From IMG/VR virus record IMGVR_UViG_3300025888_000009, positions 1 through 34,097 of that record: DNA of 34,097 nucleotides. One strand, 5' to 3'. The position numbers were made by a program, and so were the translations under genes. Origin of the DNA: a virus. Its lineage: Duplodnaviria > Caudoviricetes. Shown one piece after another: positions 6,981 to 14,220 of the stretch; the stretch's first letter is position 1, and each line of letters starts with the position of its first letter. The notes beneath the pieces are model-generated. The model was not told where the DNA came from, did no database searches, and saw only the letters and a list, made by a program, of their open reading frames with translations.

Positions 6981-7009
6981 ATTATAACGTACTTAATAAT
7001 CTTATGCAA
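6981..7009 (-). promoter_or_regulatory. Convergent promoter TTGCAT-17-TATAAT
   Basis: -35 7004-7009, -10 6981-6986. Confidence 0.8.
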
Positions 7010-7150
7010 TAGTTATGGGGAGTCGCTGATCTATGCCAGTAAACGTAACTTTAAAACAGTTTACAAAATAGACTCAACGTTTTAGGCTATCGTAAAGCTT
7101 GCTTTATACTGATGAAAGTAAAACACAGCGTACATTAATAATTTGCATCA

Positions 7151-7498
7151 ATTAAAGGTAGTTGAGAGACGATAGAGCATAATCTCAAAGGAGAACACAT
7201 ATGGCTAAACATATAAGCAAGAGTGTCATAGAAGATATAGCTTACGAGATAAAAAGAGTTGGTTTAATTACTAAAGCCTACGAAGATGAAACAGTTAGTG
7301 AAGAAATGTCTTTAAATTTTGGTAGTATTGATGATTTTAATCTTAGTGCTACTCGTACATTAGAGTGGTTAACTGCTAATATCGCAGATATACTAGCTGA
7401 ACATGACCCAACATTCGATTATGATAGATTTAACAAACAAGCATCATTTAATATAGAAATATAATAATAAAATCTATCGTCTCTCACATGCCTTTAAT
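7151..7498 (+). repeat. Inverted repeat enclosing ORF 7201-7464 (10 bp + 2x2 loop + 14 bp), preceded by boxA-like GTACATTAATAATT (7130-7143)
   Basis: TGAGAGACGATAGA 7163-7176 / TCTATCGTCTCTCA 7473-7486; ATTAAAGGTA 7151-7160 / TGCCTTTAAT 7489-7498. Confidence 0.85.
7201..7464 (+). CDS. Hypothetical protein (one of only two plus-strand genes)
   Basis: AAGGAG RBS; 87 aa; C-terminal ..IADILAEHDPTFDYDRF.. Confidence 0.85.
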   Translation: MAKHISKSVIEDIAYEIKRVGLITKAYEDETVSEEMSLNFGSIDDFNLSATRTLEWLTANIADILAEHDPTFDYDRFNKQASFNIEI

Positions 7499-7529
7499 AA
7501 GATAATATAATTAATAACAACCAATAAAA

Positions 7530-7608
7530 GGGGAGTTAATAATAAAAGCATTGTCTGATGTAACTAACTAAGCAACCTAATCAGGTATAGCTTAAATATT
7601 TACTCCCC
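7530..7608 (+). ncRNA. Long imperfect hairpin, putative ncRNA
   Basis: GGGGAGT.AATA/TATT.ACTCCCC outer stem; AAGC..TGTCTGAT/ATCAGGTA..GCTT inner stem. Confidence 0.5.
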
Positions 7609-7678
7609 GCTGTTCTACAGTTAAAAAGAAGGGATAATTTATAGTACCAAAAAATAGTAACTAAGTTATAATAATCAC

Positions 7679-7888
7679 ATGACTGACGAAGAATACAATA
7701 AATATAATAAGCCTAAAAAGAAGTACACATTCGAGGAGCATAGAAACAGCGAAGATCGTAAATGGTCACTTGATCGCCAGCGCAAACACGATGAAGAAGG
7801 TAAAAAGATAATTAGAGCGATAAGTAACAAACATGCAACTATTTACCAAATCAAACAACAGGAGAAGCTTAGAAATGCTGCTAATTAG
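7679..7888 (+). CDS. Small charged protein, probably leaderless mRNA
   Basis: TATAAT at 7667-7672 lies 6 nt before ATG; no SD. Confidence 0.7.
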   Translation: MTDEEYNKYNKPKKKYTFEEHRNSEDRKWSLDRQRKHDEEGKKIIRAISNKHATIYQIKQQEKLRNAAN

Positions 7889-7950
7889 TGTCTAACTCAT
7901 CGCCTGTTGAGTTTTAGCTACGAATTTGAATAAGTACTAGTCTAAACAAA

Positions 7951-7986
7951 TAAAACGCCACAGCAAGTACTGTGGCTTCTTGTTTT
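7951..7986. terminator. Bidirectional terminator GCCACAG-CAAGTA-CTGTGGC between convergent transcription units
   Basis: Hairpin 7957-7976 flanked by A-rich and T-rich tracts. Confidence 0.7.
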
Positions 7987-8048
7987 ATCTACTGCTCATT
8001 CGGGCAAAGTAATTATATCATTTACATCACCGCAAAGTGATTATATTA

Positions 8049-8420
8049 TTATTCTTTTATTCTATGCTCTGAAAATTCTATCAAGTCAAACTTTATTTCA
8101 AAGTCCCACTGTTCTGCGTCGTAGTTAAATATTGCATAAGCTGTAAACATTCCAGTAGACCACTGTGAGTTATCGTAGACATCACCAAGGTTTTTTATGA
8201 TGTCTTTGCCTATAACTATAAATAGCTCATTTATTGTATCCTGTAATTTATATACATTGGGGATTCTATCACCATAATCGTATCCTGTTGCTTGGAATAT
8301 AACAGAAGCCTTAACAGCCGCTGCCATAGTGTATTCGTCTAGATACAGACTATTCCAACCTAATTTTTCGCATATTGGTTCTAATTGTTCCACAATCTTA
8401 TCGTGAACATCTAATGACAT
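8049..8420 (-). CDS. Hypothetical protein flanked by an inverted repeat
   Basis: AGGAG RBS; ORF track. Confidence 0.75.
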   Translation of the reverse strand: MSLDVHDKIVEQLEPICEKLGWNSLYLDEYTMAAAVKASVIFQATGYDYGDRIPNVYKLQDTINELFIVIGKDIIKNLGDVYDNSQWSTGMFTAYAIFNYDAEQWDFEIKFDLIEFSEHRIKE

Positions 8421-8482
8421 ATATGATTCTCCTATCTATATGACTTTGCGGTTATGGGAGATATTTTTATCTCTTACCGATA

Positions 8483-8938
8483 TTATAGCATATGTGAAAT
8501 TGCGTTATACTCTTGCTTCAGCTGTATAATTTTACTTTCTTGTATCTCTTTATATTCAGGGTGTCTAGCACTACCTATTCGTATCAGTCCGCCTATCGCA
8601 TATTGCCTCATTATCTCGTCTAGGGCTTGAACAGGTTTTAATAATTCTGGTGGACCGTACTTACGATGAAAGTAGTCGTGAACATCGGCTGGTTGTTGTG
8701 CTTGAATAGCATCAAGGTTACGGAATGTTGTATAAATTGCTAGCGAACTCATTGTTGATTTGGTAAAGGCATAATGGTGGTTCGTTTCATTATAGTATTT
8801 GCCCTCTAAATGAGTCTCTGGCAGGTCTAGCTCCTCAAATGCTAGACTTATGCCATATTTATCTTTTGGGGCTGCTGGGAGGCACGAGAACGTGTCGTAG
8901 TGAGTTGGCTTTCTACGTCTTTTACCATGCTTTGCCAC
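8483..8938 (-). CDS. Hypothetical protein (His-rich motifs, possible nuclease-like fold)
   Basis: GTG start with GAGG RBS; NHHY...HDYFH. Confidence 0.65.
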   Translation of the reverse strand: MAKHGKRRRKPTHYDTFSCLPAAPKDKYGISLAFEELDLPETHLEGKYYNETNHHYAFTKSTMSSLAIYTTFRNLDAIQAQQPADVHDYFHRKYGPPELLKPVQALDEIMRQYAIGGLIRIGSARHPEYKEIQESKIIQLKQEYNAISHML

Positions 8939-8941
8939 GGC

Positions 8942-9148
8942 TTATTCCTCAAGGCTAATGTAATATTCAACAATATCTTCTAAACGGTCTGTATATTCTT
9001 GCTCCATCATTAAATCATAGTCTGTGACATATCCTTCGGCGTTACATTTATCTTCATTTTCGGAATAGAACGCTAGAAACGTTTCAGTATCTAGCGTATC
9101 AATCGTATTGTGATGGACACGCTCGGTATTTGTTAGTTTTTCACTCAT
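8942..9148 (-). CDS. Hypothetical acidic protein
   Basis: ORF track; ATGA overlap. Confidence 0.65.
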   Translation of the reverse strand: MSEKLTNTERVHHNTIDTLDTETFLAFYSENEDKCNAEGYVTDYDLMMEQEYTDRLEDIVEYYISLEE

Positions 9149-9441
9149 CTTAATAAACCCTCTCGCCTTTCTATTTCATGTTCAATCATGTCGTAATAAG
9201 AACTATAAAGTTCATCGTCTTGTGCTACATCATCGACAAACTCACTAAATTCGTCATTTGATAACTGTGATATTTCTGCCTCTGGGGCATAAACTTCTTC
9301 TTGCTGTTGTTTATATTGTTCCATCGTCTCCCTCTCTCTTAGTTTTACCCATTTTTCTATAGTATCGTCAGAACTTCGTATCGAACTACAAAAAGAGGCC
9401 ACACGTTCCCATGTAGCCTCATCTTCTTGTTTACTGACCAT
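9145..9441 (-). CDS. Hypothetical acidic protein
   Basis: ORF track. Confidence 0.65.
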   Translation of the reverse strand: MVSKQEDEATWERVASFCSSIRSSDDTIEKWVKLRERETMEQYKQQQEEVYAPEAEISQLSNDEFSEFVDDVAQDDELYSSYYDMIEHEIERREGLLR

Positions 9442-9443
9442 CG

Positions 9444-9644
9444 TCAGCCCTTTAGATAGCCGTTGCTAATTAAGAATGGCTTAACTATTGTATTAAATAC
9501 AACTGATAATGCTGCACCGATTACACCACCGATTACAGCCTTATCTAGGCTAAAGTTTGTCATCGCCCAAGCTGCAAAACCTGCTTGACCAAATGTGACT
9601 AAAACGTTCAATAAAATATGGCCAAAACTTTTCATATTTTCCAT
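9444..9644 (-). CDS. Putative holin (2 TM helices)
   Basis: Hydrophobic segments, TFGQA motif, position after endolysin. Confidence 0.65.
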   Translation of the reverse strand: MENMKSFGHILLNVLVTFGQAGFAAWAMTNFSLDKAVIGGVIGAALSVVFNTIVKPFLISNGYLKG

Positions 9645-9676
9645 TATAGACTCCTATTCTATTTTTTCAATACTAT

Positions 9677-9817
9677 TTAGCGTCTTTTATTAATTAAGTC
9701 GACTACAAATATTACTAAGGCAATCACAATTAAAATGTGAATTAGACCATTACCAATGCTGAATGCAAATCCTAGTAGCCAAAGAATGACCAAAATTAAA
9801 ATTATTGTGTAAAGCAT
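9677..9817 (-). CDS. lmo0937/DUF5670-family small membrane protein (46 aa)
   Basis: Manual translation MLYTIILILVILWLLGFAFSIGNGLIHILIVIALVIFVVDLINKRR*; AAGGAG RBS; below ORF-track cutoff. Confidence 0.85.
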   Translation of the reverse strand: MLYTIILILVILWLLGFAFSIGNGLIHILIVIALVIFVVDLINKRR

Positions 9818-9830
9818 GTTATCTCCTTAT

Positions 9831-10493
9831 TTATCCGACTATATATAAGCCGTTAGTTAATTTTTTTGCTTCTTTGTTTGAGTTTGCTGCCTTATTAAAC
9901 CAAACAGCAGCCTCGTTACCACTGTAAAAAGTGACTAGAACATCTTGCCAGCTTCTACCGATTTGATATTTAAACTCACTCTTTGACAGTGACCTACCAG
10001 TCATGTTTTTAAATGTTTGTGATAGTATGTCATAATCATACGTCGTGTCTTCTACCATTGATTTCTCCTCTATTACTTTAGTTCCCTCTACGTCCTCAGT
10101 CCAACCTAAAAATGTTAATGGGTTAGCTTGCGAATAATACTTAATAAGAGCGTCTAATGAGCTGTGATGGACTGCCGTGTTTGAGTTTGATGCACTTGCA
10201 GAATATACGCTACCGTCGCTCATACGCAATGCTACGTGTCCAGCTGGCTCATATGCGAGGGTAAACCAAACAGGCACATCGCAGTTAGGCGGAAATAGGT
10301 AATTAGTATGTTTATATGGACTTGCGTTAAACGAATCGATAGCAGTTCTATATACAGGCTTAGCCCCAAAAGATTTACTAACAAATTCTAAACACCATCC
10401 TGGCCAACAATTCACCATATATGATTTGTTAGTAGAATTGTCATAGTGACTGTATATCACATTTGGATTTGGAGTTATTTTTTGCTTAAACAT
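9831..10493 (-). CDS. Endolysin, CHAP/NlpC-like Cys-His peptidase
   Basis: GWCLEFV (Cys) and AGHVAL (His) motifs; lysis-module position. Confidence 0.75.
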   Translation of the reverse strand: MFKQKITPNPNVIYSHYDNSTNKSYMVNCWPGWCLEFVSKSFGAKPVYRTAIDSFNASPYKHTNYLFPPNCDVPVWFTLAYEPAGHVALRMSDGSVYSASASNSNTAVHHSSLDALIKYYSQANPLTFLGWTEDVEGTKVIEEKSMVEDTTYDYDILSQTFKNMTGRSLSKSEFKYQIGRSWQDVLVTFYSGNEAAVWFNKAANSNKEAKKLTNGLYIVG

Positions 10494-10501
10494 ATGCCTC
10501 C

Positions 10502-10777
10502 TTAACTAAAATATTTATCTAAACCGTATTGAGCTAAAACCATTAAGACTATACCAATTACTGTAAAGGCTACTATTCTATTTTTAATCTTGTCGTTATA
10601 ACTTTCAATGTTTTCAACTCTATGAGTAAGTTCTTGATGCTCTTTTATAGGTACAAAAGCTGTTGGTAAAGATTTGATAATATCTTTGACCTCACAAATG
10701 TCTCTACGCATATAGGCTACGTGGATACCTACTTCTTTGATTGTTGTTGGGGTTTCGATATTATCGTCCATAATCAT
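10502..10777 (-). CDS. Holin-like/XhlA-like protein (coiled coil plus C-terminal TM)
   Basis: Architecture and position before endolysin. Confidence 0.6.
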   Translation of the reverse strand: MIMDDNIETPTTIKEVGIHVAYMRRDICEVKDIIKSLPTAFVPIKEHQELTHRVENIESYNDKIKNRIVAFTVIGIVLMVLAQYGLDKYFS

Positions 10778-10804
10778 AATCTGACTTTGTATTTTGTTGT
10801 CATA

Positions 10805-11317
10805 CTATTTTAGCCATACTTCTATATGAACCGCTATATTAAGATTTGTATTAGTTATTGTTGAGGCTGTTGGGTTTTTTGCAATAACTGGCTTCGTGCC
10901 TGTTCCACCTGCTTCTATAGCTATACCTACATTAAGAAGATACAAATAGTCTGACCCAGTTGCGTTAAGTCTATCTACGTGACAATTTTGACCAAGTTTT
11001 GACCAATTTGTTACACCAACTGGCAATGATAAAATAGCAACTGCTTGTGACCAATTACTGCCGCCAATTACACCAAACGCTGCTAGGCCAGCATTAGTTA
11101 CAGTTTTTCTCCATATGTTATAACCACCATAGTTAAAAACTAACCAGCCATTTGCATCTGTATATGTTGTCAATCCAATTTTATCATTTGTTACTACCCC
11201 ATCATTAAGTCCAGTTCCAGCCGCTAAAGCCTCAACATTAGAAACAATCTTATTTAAATCAGACGCTGGTAATTGGTCGAAAGGCGTAAAAACCATTGAT
11301 GGGTTAGGTAAAGCCAT
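10805..11317 (-). CDS. Tail fibre/receptor-binding-like protein
   Basis: N-terminal F.PFDQLPASDLNKI motif, TDANGW motif; end of tail module. Confidence 0.6.
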   Translation of the reverse strand: MALPNPSMVFTPFDQLPASDLNKIVSNVEALAAGTGLNDGVVTNDKIGLTTYTDANGWLVFNYGGYNIWRKTVTNAGLAAFGVIGGSNWSQAVAILSLPVGVTNWSKLGQNCHVDRLNATGSDYLYLLNVGIAIEAGGTGTKPVIAKNPTASTITNTNLNIAVHIEVWLK

Positions 11318-11655
11318 TAGATTATTTCCTTATAAAGTGTCTCAAGGTATTTGAAAGAACCTTGGTCGTTAAAGTTTATAACTTGTTCGTGTGTGACATC
11401 TTTCGCAACGTTATCGAGATAAAGTTCAATCTTATTAGTGTCGCTTTCATGTGTTGCGATAATCAAAGAATAATCAAGGTCATCACAAACATAGTTTTTA
11501 GCGTACCTGTACATTTTAGTTTTGGCGTTAGATATTAAGGCACGTGAATAAATATCTTTGTACCTATATCCGTCTCGCATTGCCATGACGTCAATTACGT
11601 CGCTTGGTATTGGCGAGTATAGTGCTGGTTTGTTTAATATTGGTTCTACTCTCAT
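11317..11655 (-). CDS. Hypothetical protein with own extended -10 promoter (moron-like)
   Basis: AAGGAG RBS; TGTTATACT at ~11674-11682. Confidence 0.65.
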   Translation of the reverse strand: MRVEPILNKPALYSPIPSDVIDVMAMRDGYRYKDIYSRALISNAKTKMYRYAKNYVCDDLDYSLIIATHESDTNKIELYLDNVAKDVTHEQVINFNDQGSFKYLETLYKEII

Positions 11656-11711
11656 TGTGTTCTCCTTTTATTAGTATAACAATTAGGTTTAATGTTGGTC
11701 TAGGCTTTAAA

Positions 11712-12287
11712 TCATATGTTTGTCGCCCTAGTTACGAACTCAAATTTATGATTGCCAGCATAATATGATGATGTGGTTGGGATTATAACTTTTACACCGA
11801 CAGCCCAATATGTAGGACCTGCTGCAATAAAAGGTAAAGCATAAAATATTACTGCTCCAGCTGATGTGTATTCTGTATAAGGCACTGCATAGCGTATGTT
11901 ACCAGCCCAGCCGTCATCTACGTGTATTAAATTAGCCCTTACGCTAGGCGTTGATGGTACGTCTGTAAACGGTATCAACGTTGCCATATTAGCCGTTGCC
12001 GAGCCACTACTAGCCGTATAATTAACTACAACAGTTTCAGGTCCACTGTAGCAAAACAAGTTAGGATATTTAGAAGTCATTATTTTATTATCATCAGTCG
12101 TAGTTAAAACATCAAAACCAACTTTAGCTATTTCAATTAATGGTACTTCACCAGGATTGCTTACAATGATTAAGTTAGGAATGTTATTCTCATCACGCCC
12201 TATTATTCGGTTATTATCTTGTTCGAATCTAAGTCCACCACCAATTGCGTTGACTGATTGTTGCCCTGTTGAATATATTTCTGCCAT
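11712..12287 (-). CDS. Minor tail/tail tip protein
   Basis: AKVGFDVLTTTDDNKIMTSKY motif; position. Confidence 0.65.
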   Translation of the reverse strand: MAEIYSTGQQSVNAIGGGLRFEQDNNRIIGRDENNIPNLIIVSNPGEVPLIEIAKVGFDVLTTTDDNKIMTSKYPNLFCYSGPETVVVNYTASSGSATANMATLIPFTDVPSTPSVRANLIHVDDGWAGNIRYAVPYTEYTSAGAVIFYALPFIAAGPTYWAVGVKVIIPTTSSYYAGNHKFEFVTRATNI

Positions 12288-12295
12288 GTTCCCCC

Positions 12296-13837
12296 TTAAA
12301 TACCTAACACATCTGGGCCGTCTAATAATGAACTATCCAATTGGAAGAAGTTAAATATTTCCGTATCAACGACCGTTAGTTTTTGCGTAAAATTATTATC
12401 GCCTAATCTGTTTTGTATTCTAATTAATCTATACTCACCTACATAATCATCAACGTCTATATAAAGTATGTCATTAAGCTGCAAGGCAGGGTTGACGTGG
12501 ACTTCTAATTCTAGTTGTCCAGCGTATATACTATATGATTGCAATATAGGTATAGCTAAAGAATCACATTGACTAGTCGACTGAATAAAATTATTGTCTA
12601 TGACAAGTACTTGCTCGCCATACTTATCAATACTTGGTTGATTAATTTCTTTATACCTTATACCTTTATCAATAACTTTAGCAGGTGTTCCCCATACTTC
12701 CATTGCGTCAATTGTAACTTGAAAAACGTTAGGGTTAGAGAAGAATATTGTGTAGGAGTTAGTCTTGAGTGATACGCCTGTGATTGTTGCAGTTGAGGCA
12801 GTACTATCTGATGTCTTTAAAGCTGTAAACCACGAAGTGACTGACGAAAGCCCTAAAGTTGGCGTGGTGACAGTTGTGCAAGGGTCAGTTAAACTTATAT
12901 TGAATACTTTTGAACTATTAGGCTCGATTATAAACGCTGTACCGCCTGTTGTCAGTGTATAAACAGGTTGAAAAACTTGCAACTCACGTATATCAGCGTT
13001 AATCTTTACCGCGTTTATAATGTTAGTATCGCCATTACCTCTAATATCTAGTACATTTGTCTTGTCAAAAGTATAAACGGCGGCATTAACAGTGTTATAA
13101 CGGTTGTTAAATCTAATCTGTCCAGTCTCATCAAGCCATAAGTTACCCATTTCAGCTTCCATGAGGTCTCTAAATATGCCACCAGCGTTAGTATCTGGGT
13201 CGAAAAATACGAAAGGTATGACATTTATTCCAGTATCAAGCGTATATTGTGACGGTAACATACCAAATTGCGTAAATATCTCAACTAATACCTCATCAGT
13301 TGTAGCGTCCTGCATTGAGATTGTCTCGGTAATAGGCATAGTGTAAAGTTCAGACAAGAAATCAAGAGCGTGAAAGGTCGCAGTTTTATGATCTTCAATC
13401 ACTGGTGACTTCTCGGTTATCCCAACAAATTGCGGTATGTTAAGGCCGTTAAAGCCTGCTAGTAATCTAATAGGTCGCTTTGGTAAGATGTACTGGTCAA
13501 TTAGTGAACCTGAGTTTGGCGTAAAGTAATTGTCGGTGTTTTCGAGTTGTATATCTGCCATTGCTGACGATACTGAAAATGGAAACTCTAGTTCACGCGA
13601 CCACTCCATATATATTACTCTGTCTGTATAAGGCGCATAAGTGTATTTATCCCACTGTTGTATCGGGTCGTTATTATCTGGTGCGAGTACGTCGATACCA
13701 TCTAAAACAGAACTATCTAAAGTAAAAAAGCTAACATTATCATCATACGCTTTATCAAATGACATACGATAAGCCCAACTAATAGGCGTAACATTACCGT
13801 CTCTCAGTGTGTCAAACTCTGTAGTAGTTAGTTGCAT
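12296..13837 (-). CDS. Minor tail protein (baseplate hub/Tal-like)
   Basis: Position after Dit; ..GNLWLDETGQIRF.., SIDKYGEQ.., NPALQLND motifs. Confidence 0.75.
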   Translation of the reverse strand: MQLTTTEFDTLRDGNVTPISWAYRMSFDKAYDDNVSFFTLDSSVLDGIDVLAPDNNDPIQQWDKYTYAPYTDRVIYMEWSRELEFPFSVSSAMADIQLENTDNYFTPNSGSLIDQYILPKRPIRLLAGFNGLNIPQFVGITEKSPVIEDHKTATFHALDFLSELYTMPITETISMQDATTDEVLVEIFTQFGMLPSQYTLDTGINVIPFVFFDPDTNAGGIFRDLMEAEMGNLWLDETGQIRFNNRYNTVNAAVYTFDKTNVLDIRGNGDTNIINAVKINADIRELQVFQPVYTLTTGGTAFIIEPNSSKVFNISLTDPCTTVTTPTLGLSSVTSWFTALKTSDSTASTATITGVSLKTNSYTIFFSNPNVFQVTIDAMEVWGTPAKVIDKGIRYKEINQPSIDKYGEQVLVIDNNFIQSTSQCDSLAIPILQSYSIYAGQLELEVHVNPALQLNDILYIDVDDYVGEYRLIRIQNRLGDNNFTQKLTVVDTEIFNFFQLDSSLLDGPDVLGI

Positions 13838-14220
13838 TAACTACCTTGCGGCAATTGTGCCGTCTCTCTAAATGTTACTTGAACGTCTTTAACACCACCA
13901 CAATTATTGTATATGTCTTTTTGGTTGATAGTCATCCTAACAGGTACGTTTGTGATTGTGTAGTAATCAATTGTTAGTAGTGGATATTCAAACAAAGTAA
14001 GTTGTCTATCGTAGAACGCCCTGAGAGCGTCGTAGTTAGATTGTGATAGGTATGACCAAGTATGAACCCATTGTCGTTTTTGAGTCACGAAGTAAGTCTT
14101 TACATCGCCTAGTAAATTCTCAACGTCGGTTGATTTTTCAATTGGTATTTCAGTTAGTGGAACTTCTAGGATTGGCAAAGTTAAAGTTGTCGTGCTGTCG
14201 GTTAAAATTAATTCTATCAT
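13837..14220 (-). CDS. Distal tail protein (Dit-like)
   Basis: Directly after TMP; KRQWVHTWSYL...VTFRE. Confidence 0.7.
   Translation of the reverse strand: MIELILTDSTTTLTLPILEVPLTEIPIEKSTDVENLLGDVKTYFVTQKRQWVHTWSYLSQSNYDALRAFYDRQLTLFEYPLLTIDYYTITNVPVRMTINQKDIYNNCGGVKDVQVTFRETAQLPQGS

Noticed and set aside
7109-7115. CTGATGA hammerhead ribozyme core
   Set aside because: No stem II followed by GAAA, and no flanking stems in the required arrangement
10805-13837. Diversity-generating retroelement or invertible tail locus
   Set aside because: No reverse transcriptase, recombinase or template/variable repeat pair seen
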